A stretch of 59,451 bases of DNA, filler included, from 4 parts of 4 records of this genome joined end to end with filler, not necessarily neighbours in it, one strand, 5' to 3'; counted from the first letter of the whole stretch, positions 1 to 9,947 are shown. Made by a program: numbers and translations. Notes: generated by a model not told the origin, from the letters alone.

Positions 1-57
1 GTTGTACGTGTGGTATTTGAATCAAAATTACTGGTAGGTAAAGTGATATTGAAATAA
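1..57 (+). CDS. 3' end of a truncated gene, possibly ending in a T9SS C-terminal sorting domain
   Basis: Frame 1 reads VVRVVFESKLLVGKVILK* and is followed by a hairpin. The K-V-I-L-K ending resembles T9SS type A CTD ends. Only 18 codons are visible. Confidence 0.35.
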   Translation, partial: VVRVVFESKLLVGKVILK

Positions 58-78
58 AAGATGTAAAAAAAATAAGCG

Positions 79-116
79 AATGGGAATCTGGATGTATTAT
101 CCGGCTTCCCATTTTT
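79..116. terminator. Intrinsic terminator-like hairpin between convergent genes
   Basis: AATGGGAATCTGGAT-gtatt-ATCCGGCTTCCCATT followed by a T-run. Confidence 0.6.
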
Positions 117-223
117 ATTTGTTGAAATATTAAAGTATTTAATTCTTTTGTGTTGCTGAATATTTGGAAGAATTACCTATTAGGATTTCATTATAAAGAA
201 AAGAAGGTGTTGTATAGCAAGTT

Positions 224-928
224 CTAAAAAGTTCCAATTAAAGCGTACTTATCTGCGTTACAGAATACCTGACTATAAAATGAAAAATCAGGTCTGTTGG
301 TGTCTATTTTTCTGTCTAACTGAATGATAGGTTGATCTTTACTGACGTTAAAGTAGTTTTGAAGCTTGTCGGTTGCTAAAATGGCCTGTATTTTTTGCTC
401 TCCACCGGTCACTTCAATCTGATGATATTCTCTCATTATATTAAACAAAGACTTGTTTTCAAAGTTCCTGGAGGTAAAGCGAGGAAGGTTGATATTAGGT
501 ATTTTAGTGATGTCATAGAATACGGGTTCATCATTTATTAAACGCAATCGCTCAAGGTGAATGCAGCCAAATTCTTTCTCGCGTTCAGAAATAGAGAAGG
601 AAAAAGCTTCTTCCCACGGTCTTATTTCTGGTTTAATAATGATTTTAGTGCTTAAGTTTTCCTGAGCCAGAGCACTGGTGGTTCCACCGATAGATAAGAT
701 GCCGATGCCTTTAGGAGTTCCCTTAACAATGCTTCCTTTTCCTTTTCTTTTTACTATAAAACCATCATTAACCAATTTATCTAAAGCTTTTCTGATAGTG
801 GGTCTTGTTACACCATAGGTCGCGCAAAGTTCATTTTCTGAGGGAAGTAAATCTCCTTCGGAATACACACCTTCTAAAATGTGTTTGCGGAGTGCTTCGT
901 ATACAATGGTATGTTGAGGTTTATTCAT
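224..928 (-). CDS. GntR family (HutC/UTRA subfamily) transcriptional regulator
   Basis: N-terminal wHTH LPSENELCATYGVTRPTIRKAL plus a C-terminal UTRA-like domain. ATG at 928 preferred over TTG at 946. Confidence 0.9.
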   Translation of the reverse strand: MNKPQHTIVYEALRKHILEGVYSEGDLLPSENELCATYGVTRPTIRKALDKLVNDGFIVKRKGKGSIVKGTPKGIGILSIGGTTSALAQENLSTKIIIKPEIRPWEEAFSFSISEREKEFGCIHLERLRLINDEPVFYDITKIPNINLPRFTSRNFENKSLFNIMREYHQIEVTGGEQKIQAILATDKLQNYFNVSKDQPIIQLDRKIDTNRPDFSFYSQVFCNADKYALIGTF

Positions 929-1150
929 ATTGTTCTCTTTTATCAAATCTCCATGCGAGATCAGGGATAAAGGCCCAAAATTATAAAATATAATTCATTT
1001 ACAATATTGGGTGACTTTGTCTGATCTATATCTTCTTGTTTTGTTTGTCTGCCTGTGTGTGCTTATTAGTTTACTTTCTCATTGTCTAATGAAATTACAT
1101 ATGGATTCAGAAAGTAAGGAATTCGCGTTTAGTAAAAGTATATAATTTAA

Positions 1151-1278
1151 ATGTAAATACATGTAGAACTAACATGTAAATACATAAATAAATTATTTGA
1201 ATTGTATAAAACTCAGTAAAAGAGAGGTTTAAGAATTTTAAGTAAAAAATTAATAATTGTAACTTGTAAATACAAGTT
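1151..1278. promoter_or_regulatory. Three copies of palindromic TGTAAATACA, candidate GntR operators
   Basis: ATGTAAATACAT at 1151-1162 and 1174-1185, and AACTTGTAAATACAAGTT at 1261-1278, in the divergent gntR/E2 intergenic region. Confidence 0.7.
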
Positions 1279-1314
1279 GATATTTGTAAGTTTGATGCAA
1301 ATTAAAATCAGTTT

Positions 1315-2646
1315 ATGGCTACAGTTGTTATTATGCCCCGTCAAGGGCAGTCCGTTGAATCCTGCATATTTACAGAATGGTTTAAGCAGGTTGGCGATGA
1401 AGTTAAACAAGGCGACATGTTGTTTGCTTACGAAACAGATAAAGCATCTTTTGAAGAAGAGGCTCAGGCAGATGGTGTATTGCTGGCTGTATTTTGCAAT
1501 GAAGGAGATGAGGTTCCTGTGTTGCAAAATATTGCAGTAATTGGTCAGCCTGGTGAAAATATAGATGAATTTAAAGCTGGAGGAGGTGAATCAGAAGCTT
1601 CTTCTAATGCTGGAAGTTCTGCAGGTGAAGAAAAAGAAGAGGCCTTGGTTGAGGCAGCTCCTGAAGTTGAGGTAAAAACCAAAGAAGTTGTTGACGGTGA
1701 AAAGGTGAAGATATCTCCTCGTGCTAAAAGATTAGCAGAAAAAGAGGGTGTTCCTTATGAAACAATTGAAGGTTCAGGTCCTGAAGGACGAATTATTGAA
1801 AGAGATGTGGAGGCATTTGCAGCTACTCGACCAAAAGTTACTCCATTAGCTAAAGAAGTAATGAAAGAGGAAGGTTTACTTCCGGTAGAAGAAGGTTCTG
1901 GTTTAGGAGGAGCTGTAAAAGCTGCCGATCTTACTTCTTCGAATCCTGTCTATGCAGAAGACTTTGAGATTAGGAAATTACCAAATATACGTAAGTTGAT
2001 TGCTAAAGCTATGCATGCTTCCTTACAGAATTCTGCTCAGTTAACGCACCATTTAGGTGCCGATGCTCGCAAAGTAATGGAGTTGCGCAAGCAGGTTAAG
2101 GCAAAAGAAGGTGCGCCAAATATTACTATTAATGATATGGTTTGTCTGGCAGTTATTAAAGCATTAAAAGCATTTCCTGATGCCAATGCACACTTCCTGG
2201 GCGATAGTATTAAGTATTTCAATAAAGTGCATCTGGGATTGGCTGTGGATACCGATAGAGGATTAATGGTTCCGGTTATTAAAAATGCAGATGACTTGTC
2301 AGTAACAGGACTTAGTCGTCAAATGAAAGAGGTGGCCGATGCTTGTCGTCAGGGAAATATTGCGCCTGAATTATTGGCATCAGAAGCAGCTTCGTTTACG
2401 GTTTCTAATTTGGGAGCTTATGGCGTGGAGATGTTTACCCCGGTTATCAATTTACCTCAGGTGGCTATTTTAGGTGTGAATACCATTGTGCCTCGTCCTA
2501 CTGATTTAGGTGGAGGAGTATACGGATTTGTGCCATATATGGGATTGAGTTTAACCTACGATCACCAGGCATTGGATGGAGGTATTGCTACGCGATTCCT
2601 AAAACAGATAGCCATTGAAATAGAAAATCTGGAAATTGATATTTAA
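1315..2646 (+). CDS. Dihydrolipoamide acyltransferase (E2) of a 2-oxoacid/acetoin dehydrogenase-type complex
   Basis: Single lipoyl domain (YETDKA), E3-binding domain (ISPRAKRLA...GSGPEGRI), catalytic YDHQALDG. Confidence 0.92.
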   Translation: MATVVIMPRQGQSVESCIFTEWFKQVGDEVKQGDMLFAYETDKASFEEEAQADGVLLAVFCNEGDEVPVLQNIAVIGQPGENIDEFKAGGGESEASSNAGSSAGEEKEEALVEAAPEVEVKTKEVVDGEKVKISPRAKRLAEKEGVPYETIEGSGPEGRIIERDVEAFAATRPKVTPLAKEVMKEEGLLPVEEGSGLGGAVKAADLTSSNPVYAEDFEIRKLPNIRKLIAKAMHASLQNSAQLTHHLGADARKVMELRKQVKAKEGAPNITINDMVCLAVIKALKAFPDANAHFLGDSIKYFNKVHLGLAVDTDRGLMVPVIKNADDLSVTGLSRQMKEVADACRQGNIAPELLASEAASFTVSNLGAYGVEMFTPVINLPQVAILGVNTIVPRPTDLGGGVYGFVPYMGLSLTYDHQALDGGIATRFLKQIAIEIENLEIDI

Positions 2647-2701
2647 GCGATTTGAGTTTATAGTTTGATTAATTGATAGGTAGTTTTTAGAAAAAGTTAG
2701 C

Positions 2702-2737
2702 GGAGTAAAAAGGAAATTGTCCCTTCTTTTTACTCCC
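2702..2737 (+). terminator. Intergenic hairpin between E2 and E3 (terminator/attenuator or stability element)
   Basis: GGAGTAAAAAGGA...TTCTTTTTACTCC inverted repeat. Confidence 0.45.
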
Positions 2738-2768
2738 GGCTTTTATCCTTAAAAGAAAAAATACGCAA

Positions 2769-4130
2769 ATGTATGATTTAGCAATTATAGGTGGTGGTCC
2801 TGCAGGTTATGTAGCTGCAGAAAGGGCTGGTGCCAAAGGTTTAAAAGTGGTATTAGTTGAGAAGAAAGAGTTGGGTGGTGTTTGTTTAAACGAAGGCTGT
2901 ATTCCAACTAAAACTTTATTGTATAGTGCTAAGCTTTATGATGGAGCTATAGGCGGTGCCAAATATGGAATTGAAGCTAAAGAAGTAAGCTTCAATTTTG
3001 GTAAGATGATGGCACGCAAGAATAAAATTGTGAAGAAATTAGTGGGTGGTGTGGGAGCAAAAATGAAGATGTTCAATGTCACTACCATAAAAGGAAATGC
3101 CTTGATAAAAGGACGTAGCCAACAAGGTGTGGAGATAGCCATTGACGATCAAATTGTGATGGCAACTAATTTATTGATTTGTACAGGATCAGAGGCTTTT
3201 GTTCCTCCTATTCCTGGTTTAGGTGAGCCGAATGACATCATACTAACCAATAGAGAAATACTGGACTTAAAAGAAAAACCGGATTCCTTAATTGTAATTG
3301 GTGGCGGTGTGATAGGGATGGAGTTTGCCAGTTTCTTTAATAGTCTGGGAACCAAAGTTACTATTGTTGAGATGTTGGATGAAATCCTGACGGGAATGGA
3401 TGTTGAGATGAGCGCCATGTTACGTCAGATGTATGTCAAAAAAGGCATCGAATTTAATTTGTCTTCAAAAGTGACTAAAGTCGAGGGTAATCAAGTCACC
3501 TTTGAGAAAAATGGAAAAGAGACAACTATTTCAGGAGATAAAATATTAGTGAGCGTAGGTCGAAAACCAGTAACCACAGGTTTTGGATTGGAGAATCTGG
3601 GTGTTGAGTTATTCCGTGGAGGAATTAAGGTGGATGAAAAAATGCAAACCAATATTCCTAATGTATATGCAGCAGGAGATGTTACAGGTTTCTCATTGTT
3701 AGCTCATACTGCCAGCCGCGAAGGAGAAGTGGTGGTGAATAATTTGTCTGGACGTCCGGATAAAATGCGCTATAATGCTATTCCTGGCGTAGTGTATACC
3801 AACCCTGAAATTGCCGGAGTAGGTTTGACAGAAGAAGCAGCTAAAGCCAAAGGAATTGAATATAAGGTTTCAAAATTACCGATGGCTTATGCAGGTCGCT
3901 TTGTAGCTGAAAACGAAGGCGGATCAGGTCTTTGTAAAGTATTAGTGGGAGCTAAATATGGAGAGGTACTTGGTGTTCATATGTTGGGAAATCCTTCCAG
4001 TGAAATGATTTACGGTGCTTGTATGGCCATCGAAGGAGAGTTTACACTTAAGGAAATGGAAGAAGTGGTATTTCCGCATCCAACCGTTTCCGAAATATTT
4101 AAAGAAACGGTATTCGGGTTTGGACACTAA
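2769..4130 (+). CDS. lpdA: Dihydrolipoyl dehydrogenase (E3)
   Basis: GGGPAGY FAD motif, redox disulfide GGVCLNEGCIPTK, GGGVIG NAD motif, C-terminal HPTVSE. Confidence 0.95.
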   Translation: MYDLAIIGGGPAGYVAAERAGAKGLKVVLVEKKELGGVCLNEGCIPTKTLLYSAKLYDGAIGGAKYGIEAKEVSFNFGKMMARKNKIVKKLVGGVGAKMKMFNVTTIKGNALIKGRSQQGVEIAIDDQIVMATNLLICTGSEAFVPPIPGLGEPNDIILTNREILDLKEKPDSLIVIGGGVIGMEFASFFNSLGTKVTIVEMLDEILTGMDVEMSAMLRQMYVKKGIEFNLSSKVTKVEGNQVTFEKNGKETTISGDKILVSVGRKPVTTGFGLENLGVELFRGGIKVDEKMQTNIPNVYAAGDVTGFSLLAHTASREGEVVVNNLSGRPDKMRYNAIPGVVYTNPEIAGVGLTEEAAKAKGIEYKVSKLPMAYAGRFVAENEGGSGLCKVLVGAKYGEVLGVHMLGNPSSEMIYGACMAIEGEFTLKEMEEVVFPHPTVSEIFKETVFGFGH

Positions 4131-4238
4131 AACCTGTGATGAATCATATAGAATTTAAAAATAAAAAAATCAAGAAAACAGAAAATCAGAGTTGGTAAAA
4201 CTGCAATAGTTTATCTGTGATCTAAAAATCTTAAAAAT

Positions 4239-6707
4239 ATGCCAAAGTCACAATTTATTGACCCTACGAAGGTCAGAAAATCAGGGAAAGTAAAAATTAA
4301 AGATATTCCCGTAAATCAGTATGATAAAACCATGGAAGAGGAGAAGTCGAATTTCTCCAAAGAGCAGTTGATTGGTATTTATCATGACATGGCACTTATC
4401 CGTGAGTTTGAAACAATGTTAAACTTAATCAAAACGCGCGGTGAATATGAAGGAATAGAGTATAACCATCCTGGACCAGCTCACTTGTCAATTGGACAGG
4501 AATCTGCTGCTGTAGGTATGGCTTATCACTTAAATGTGGAAGATTTTATTTTTGGTTCGCACCGTTCGCATGGTGAGATCTTAGCTAAAGGAATGTCTGC
4601 TATTCATAAGCTATCGGATGATGCTTTGATGGACATCATGCAAAATTTCTTCGACGGAACTATTCTTAAAATTGTATCTAAAAATCACGATGGTGATGTG
4701 AAATCATTGGCTCGTCGATTTTTAGTTTACGGAACCTTGGCAGAGATTTTTGCTCGCGAGACAGGTTTCAACAAAGGACTAGGTGGTTCTATGCATGCCT
4801 TCTTTACACCTTTTGGAGTATATCCAAATAATGCAATTGTAGGTGGATCAGGCGATATTGCTGTGGGTGCTGCCTTGTTTAAAAAAGTAAATCAAAAAGA
4901 TGGTATTGTAGTAGCAAACATAGGTGATGCTTCTATGGCTTGTGGTCCGGTTTGGGAAGGTTTGGCCTTTGCATCTATGGATCAGTTTGAGCAATTGTGG
5001 GAAGGTGCTTACAAAGGCGGACTTCCAATCATCTTTAATATCATGAATAACCAATATGGTATGGGCGGTCAAACTTGTGGTGAAACCATGGGATATGATA
5101 TTGCGGCTCGTATTGGTGCGGGTGTAAACCGCGATAGTATGCATGCGGAACGTGTTGATGGTTATAATCCATTGGCTGTGATTGATGCTTACAAGCGTAA
5201 AATGGAGTTGATTAAGGATAAAAAAGGTCCTGTATTGCTGGATGTGCTGACTTATCGTTATAGTGGTCACTCTCCTTCGGATGCTTCTTCGTATCGTTCA
5301 AAGGAAGAGATTGAAGCTTGGGAAGCACAGGATTGTATTGTTTCTTTCGGTAAAGAGTTGGTTGGAGCCAGTCTTGCCAGTGATGCAGAATTAGATGCGA
5401 TTAAAGCCGACATCACTGAACTGATGAAGTATGCCATGAAATTATCTATTGATGAGGAAGTTTCTCCGCGTATGGATTTAGTAAAACATCCTGAAATTAT
5501 TGGAGATATGATGTTCTCTAATGAGAGTGTGGATAAAATGGAAGATCGTCCGGTTGAGGTGAATCATCCTTATGAAGAAAATCTTCGTGTTCAGCAAATC
5601 GCCAAAAAAGAGCGTTTTGCCTTTGATGCAAACGGAAAAGCATTTTCAAAAATCAAGCAATATCAGTTAAGGGATGGTTTATTCGAAGCGATCGCTGATC
5701 GTTTTTATAAAGATCCAACTTTAGTAGCTTATGGTGAAGAAAATCGTGATTGGGGTGGTGCTTTCGCTGTGTATCGTGGATTGACAGAGGCACTTCCTTA
5801 TAATCGTTTATTTAACTCTCCAATTTCAGAGGCATCTATCATTGGTACTGCTATTGGTTATGCCATGTGTGGTGGTCGTGTGATTCCGGAAATTATGTAT
5901 TGCGATTTCTTGGGTCGTTGTGGTGATGAGGTGTTTAATCAGTTACCAAAATGGCAGGCCATGTCAGGTAATGTGATTAAAATGCCGGTTGTTATTCGGG
6001 TATCGGTAGGTTCTAAATATGGAGCTCAGCACTCACAGGACTGGTCATCGTTGGTAGCGCATATTCCGGGATTAAAAGTTTGTTTCCCTGCTACACCATA
6101 TGATGCAAAAGGATTAATGAATACAGCGCTTCAAGGAACTGATCCTGTTATTTTCTTTGAAAGTCAGCGTATTTACGATATAGGTGAGCAATTCCATACG
6201 GAAGGTGTACCTGCAGAATATTATGAAATTCCATTCGGTGAGCCGGATGTTAAACGAGAAGGTAAAGATGTGACAATCGTTTCGATTGGAGCGACACTTT
6301 ACAGAGCTTTAGAAGCAGCAGAAGAATTGAAAGAGAAATACGGAATGGAAGCTGAGGTAATTGATGCCCGTTCTATCGTTCCATTCAACTATGAGCCGGT
6401 AATTGAGTCGTTGAAAAAGACAGGTCGCATTATTCTGACAAGTGATGCCAATGAAAGAGGTTCTTATCTGAAAGATATGGCTGCTCGTATTACAGAGCTA
6501 GCATTCGACGAATTGGATGCACCACCGGTTGTGGTAGGGTCACGTAACTGGATTACACCTGCTTACGAGTTAGAAGAATTCTTCTTCCCAAGCAAAGAAT
6601 GGATAATTGATGCCATTCATGAGAAGATAGTTCCGTTAAAAGGACATGTAGTGAAAAATAATTTTACAAATGCTGAAATTATCCGTCGTGGTAAATTAGG
6701 TATTTAA
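4239..6707 (+). CDS. Fused E1 alpha/beta thiamine-diphosphate-dependent dehydrogenase component
   Basis: E1-alpha motifs HLSIGQE, SHRSHGE, GGSMH, GDA...NN and YRYSGHS fused to E1-beta motifs YGEE, NSPISEASIIG, EIMYCDF and GAQHSQ. Confidence 0.9.
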   Translation: MPKSQFIDPTKVRKSGKVKIKDIPVNQYDKTMEEEKSNFSKEQLIGIYHDMALIREFETMLNLIKTRGEYEGIEYNHPGPAHLSIGQESAAVGMAYHLNVEDFIFGSHRSHGEILAKGMSAIHKLSDDALMDIMQNFFDGTILKIVSKNHDGDVKSLARRFLVYGTLAEIFARETGFNKGLGGSMHAFFTPFGVYPNNAIVGGSGDIAVGAALFKKVNQKDGIVVANIGDASMACGPVWEGLAFASMDQFEQLWEGAYKGGLPIIFNIMNNQYGMGGQTCGETMGYDIAARIGAGVNRDSMHAERVDGYNPLAVIDAYKRKMELIKDKKGPVLLDVLTYRYSGHSPSDASSYRSKEEIEAWEAQDCIVSFGKELVGASLASDAELDAIKADITELMKYAMKLSIDEEVSPRMDLVKHPEIIGDMMFSNESVDKMEDRPVEVNHPYEENLRVQQIAKKERFAFDANGKAFSKIKQYQLRDGLFEAIADRFYKDPTLVAYGEENRDWGGAFAVYRGLTEALPYNRLFNSPISEASIIGTAIGYAMCGGRVIPEIMYCDFLGRCGDEVFNQLPKWQAMSGNVIKMPVVIRVSVGSKYGAQHSQDWSSLVAHIPGLKVCFPATPYDAKGLMNTALQGTDPVIFFESQRIYDIGEQFHTEGVPAEYYEIPFGEPDVKREGKDVTIVSIGATLYRALEAAEELKEKYGMEAEVIDARSIVPFNYEPVIESLKKTGRIILTSDANERGSYLKDMAARITELAFDELDAPPVVVGSRNWITPAYELEEFFFPSKEWIIDAIHEKIVPLKGHVVKNNFTNAEIIRRGKLGI

Positions 6708-6721
6708 TACTCCTCTGATCT

Positions 6722-6752
6722 ATGCCGGGTATCTGTAATGGATGCCCGGTAT
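6722..6752 (+). terminator. Intergenic hairpin after E1
   Basis: ATGCCGGGTATC-tgtaatg-GATGCCCGGTAT inverted repeat with no clear T-tract on the + strand. Confidence 0.4.
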
Positions 6753-6775
6753 TAAAAAAATCTACAAATAAAACC

Positions 6776-7993
6776 ATGGAAAATCTATCTACAATACCCG
6801 AAAAATCAAACGTTTTGTCATGGATTAAAGACAATCGCATTTTAAATGTGAATGGTCACGTGCATACGCCTTATTCCTTTAGTGCATTCGAAAATATTCC
6901 ACAAATGTTTCAGCTGGCACAAAAAGAAGAGGTGAAAGTATTAGGCATCAATGATTTTTATACCACGGATGGCTACGAAGAATTTAATAAGCTGGCGCAG
7001 GAGAGCAAAGTATTTCCTTTGTTTAATATTGAGTTTATTGGCTTAAATGTCGAAGATCAGCAAAAGGGTTTAAAAGTAAATGATCCTGGAAATCCGGGAC
7101 GAACCTATTTTTCAGGCAAAGGTTTGGCTTTTCCGGCTAAACTGGATGAGCCATATGCTTCCAAGCTTAATAATGTAAAAGCAGAGACTTTAAAACAAGT
7201 GGAAGCGATGGTGGATAAAACCAACGAATTATTTGAGGAAATTGGTTCTGATATTCGTATCTCAATGACCGAAATATTTGAAAAATATGCCGTTGATCAG
7301 GTAAGAGAAAGACATATCGCTAAAATCATAAGAGTAAAGGTGTATGAAAAGTACAGTTCAGATGCTGATCGTTTGGCTTTCTTTCAAAAACTATATTCTG
7401 GTAAAGAAGCAGCGGCCGATTTGGAAAATAACTCTGCTGTAGAAAATGAAATCAGAGGGAATTTGTTAAAGGCAGGCGGGAAAGCTTTTGTGGCTGAAGA
7501 TCCTAAAGCCTTTTTAGCAGTGACGGAGGTAAAAGAAATTATCCTGAATGCGGGGGGAATTCCAACTTATCCTTTATTAGCGGATAATGCCAAGGGAGAA
7601 TATACCGACTTTGAGGAAAACAAGGAGTTATTACTTCAAAATTTAAAGGAAAGAGGAATTTATTCTATTGAATTTATTCCTAATCGTAACGATTTGCAGA
7701 AGTTAAAAGAGTATGCCAGATTTTTTTGGAATAATGGAATTCTGGTGACTTTTGGTACAGAACACAATACGCCTGATTTAATTCCCTTGTTGGTTGAAAC
7801 CCGTGGACATGTTGATTTAGATGAAGAGATGAAACTGTTATCTTATCAAGGTGCTTGTGTGGTTGCGGCTCATCAATATTTGATTGCAAATGGTAAATTT
7901 GGTTTTGTTAAAGAAAACGGAGATAGAAATGGCGATTCGTTACAACCATTTGTAGAACTAGGGGATCGAATTATAAAAGAATACATAAACTAA
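6776..7993 (+). CDS. PHP-domain metal-dependent phosphoesterase family protein
   Basis: HxHT motif NGHVHTPYSFS, GINDF and GTEHN. ATG at 6776 preferred because 6722 lies in the hairpin. Confidence 0.75.
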   Translation: MENLSTIPEKSNVLSWIKDNRILNVNGHVHTPYSFSAFENIPQMFQLAQKEEVKVLGINDFYTTDGYEEFNKLAQESKVFPLFNIEFIGLNVEDQQKGLKVNDPGNPGRTYFSGKGLAFPAKLDEPYASKLNNVKAETLKQVEAMVDKTNELFEEIGSDIRISMTEIFEKYAVDQVRERHIAKIIRVKVYEKYSSDADRLAFFQKLYSGKEAAADLENNSAVENEIRGNLLKAGGKAFVAEDPKAFLAVTEVKEIILNAGGIPTYPLLADNAKGEYTDFEENKELLLQNLKERGIYSIEFIPNRNDLQKLKEYARFFWNNGILVTFGTEHNTPDLIPLLVETRGHVDLDEEMKLLSYQGACVVAAHQYLIANGKFGFVKENGDRNGDSLQPFVELGDRIIKEYIN

Positions 7994-8028
7994 ATATTCT
8001 TGCCTGAAAAAGATAAAAATGAATAAAA

Positions 8029-9168
8029 ATGGCAATAGACAAAAAAGTAGTTGAAATAGTTCCTGCTCTTCGAACCATGCTTTCGGAAGAAGCGATTAAA
8101 GTAGCCAGGGTGGCCGAAAATGCAGATGCTTCCATAGCGCAAATTAGCGTTGAGTTAAGTGATAATGCAGCGGATACCGTAGCAAAGGTGAAAGAATTAG
8201 CAGAGGCATTTAAAAAGGAGCAAGGGCAGTTTCCAAAGCTCATTTATATAAAAGGAATTGGTTTAGTGGCTGTGGCTGAAACCAGTTATGAAGTGACTTG
8301 CCTATTGGAACAAAAAGAACCTGGAGAAATCAATCCGGGCACAGGAAGAGCTGTTGGTAAAACAGCCGTTATTACCGGAGGTGCCCAGGGATTTGGTGGT
8401 GGTTTGGTGGAGTATATGATCAAAGATGGAGGTAATGTAATTATCGCCGACTTAAATGAGGAGAAAGGGAAAGAGTTTGCAGCTGAACTGAATCAAAAAG
8501 CAAAATATAACAAAGCTTGTTTTGTGAAGGTGGATGTTTCTAATCCAGAATCTGTAGAGAATTTGATTCACGAAACAGTATGTGAGTTTGGAGGTTTTGA
8601 TGTGTTTATTTCCAATGCCGGGGTATTGAGAGCCGGTGGTTTGGATGAAATGACACCGGAAACCTTTGATTTTATGACCAAGGTAAATTATACCGGATTC
8701 TTCTATTGTGCCAAGTACGCTGCTAAAGTTTTAAAAGTACAGACAGCTAGTAAGCCGGGTTATTATGGCGATATTATTCAGATAAATTCCAAATCAGGAT
8801 TAAAAGGAAGTAACCGAAACTTTGCGTATGCAGGTGGTAAGTTTGGAGGCATTGGTTTAACCCAGTCTTTTGCCTTAGAGCTGATGCCTAGCAGAGTAAA
8901 AGTGAATTCTATTTGCCCGGGAAATTTCTTTGATGGCACGCTATGGAGCGATCCTGAAAAAGGACTATTTGTGCAGTATTTAAATGCCGGTAAGGTAAAA
9001 GGCGCCAAAACCATTGAAGATGTAAAAGCATTTTACGAAGCACAGGTTCCGGCAGGAAGAGGATGTACCGTTATTGATGTAATGCGTGCTGTGTACTATG
9101 TAATGGAGCAGGAATACGAAACAGGCCAGGCCGTTCCGGTAACCGGAGGTCAGGAAATGTTGAAATAA
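8029..9168 (+). CDS. SDR oxidoreductase, sorbitol-6-phosphate 2-dehydrogenase (SrlD)-like, with an extra N-terminal region of about 105 aa
   Basis: TGGAQGFG, IIQINSKSG, YAGGKFGGIGLTQSFALEL and ETGQAVPVTGGQEM match SrlD-type SDRs. Confidence 0.8.
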   Translation: MAIDKKVVEIVPALRTMLSEEAIKVARVAENADASIAQISVELSDNAADTVAKVKELAEAFKKEQGQFPKLIYIKGIGLVAVAETSYEVTCLLEQKEPGEINPGTGRAVGKTAVITGGAQGFGGGLVEYMIKDGGNVIIADLNEEKGKEFAAELNQKAKYNKACFVKVDVSNPESVENLIHETVCEFGGFDVFISNAGVLRAGGLDEMTPETFDFMTKVNYTGFFYCAKYAAKVLKVQTASKPGYYGDIIQINSKSGLKGSNRNFAYAGGKFGGIGLTQSFALELMPSRVKVNSICPGNFFDGTLWSDPEKGLFVQYLNAGKVKGAKTIEDVKAFYEAQVPAGRGCTVIDVMRAVYYVMEQEYETGQAVPVTGGQEMLK

Positions 9169-9202
9169 TAGAATACCTACAGACAAACTAAACAAACTAA
9201 GG

Positions 9203-9868
9203 ATGGAGTATGAAGTGAAGGGAGTGATCTTCGATTTGGATGGTACATTGGTAGATTCCATTGAAGATATGGCAGATGCAGCCAACGAGATGTTGCAGCA
9301 AAATGGTTTTCCTACGCATGAGTTGAAGGATTATAAAAGATGGATTGGTAATGGTGCCCGAAGATTAGTTGAAGCATCGCTGCCACCTTGCGAAAGAGGC
9401 GATGATGTAACGATTTATTTATTGCAGTATGAAAAGCATTATGCTGCTAAGCTTTTATCAAAGACAAAACTATTCGACGGAATAGAAGTGGTTTTGAATG
9501 AAATTAGCCGGGCAGGAATTCCAATGGCTGTTTTAACCAATAAAAAGCAATCGTGGGCTGAGCAAATTGTGAAAGAGTTGTTGCATCAATGGCATTTCGA
9601 AAAGATTATAGGTCATGGTAATGCTTTTCCGCATAAACCCGATTCTCAGGGAGCTTTGCATTTCTGTAAATCAATTAGTGCTGCCCCACAACAGGTTCTT
9701 ATCATAGGGGATTCTGTGGTAGATATGCAAACGGCCAGGACAGCAGCCATGATTCCTTTGGGTGTAAAATGGGGATATGGTTATCCTCAGATGGAAGGCA
9801 ATCATGTGGAAGTTGTAAATACCCCACTTGAAATACTCCGGCATCTTCGTTTACAGCTCAGAGCCTGA
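9203..9868 (+). CDS. HAD-superfamily phosphatase (phosphoglycolate phosphatase-like)
   Basis: FDLDGTLVDS, LTNK, HKPD and IGDS motifs. Confidence 0.88.
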   Translation: MEYEVKGVIFDLDGTLVDSIEDMADAANEMLQQNGFPTHELKDYKRWIGNGARRLVEASLPPCERGDDVTIYLLQYEKHYAAKLLSKTKLFDGIEVVLNEISRAGIPMAVLTNKKQSWAEQIVKELLHQWHFEKIIGHGNAFPHKPDSQGALHFCKSISAAPQQVLIIGDSVVDMQTARTAAMIPLGVKWGYGYPQMEGNHVEVVNTPLEILRHLRLQLRA

Positions 9869-9947
9869 TTAAGCTTTGACGGCATTATGATGTTTAAATG
9901 AAGATTCGGAAAAGGTTTAGGATGTTTAAAAAATAAAAACAAGAGAA

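Noticed and set aside
1315-6707. Assigning pdhABC or acoABC gene symbols
   Set aside because: Substrate cannot be determined from motifs, and the context and atypical ThDP motif argue against assuming pyruvate or acetoin.
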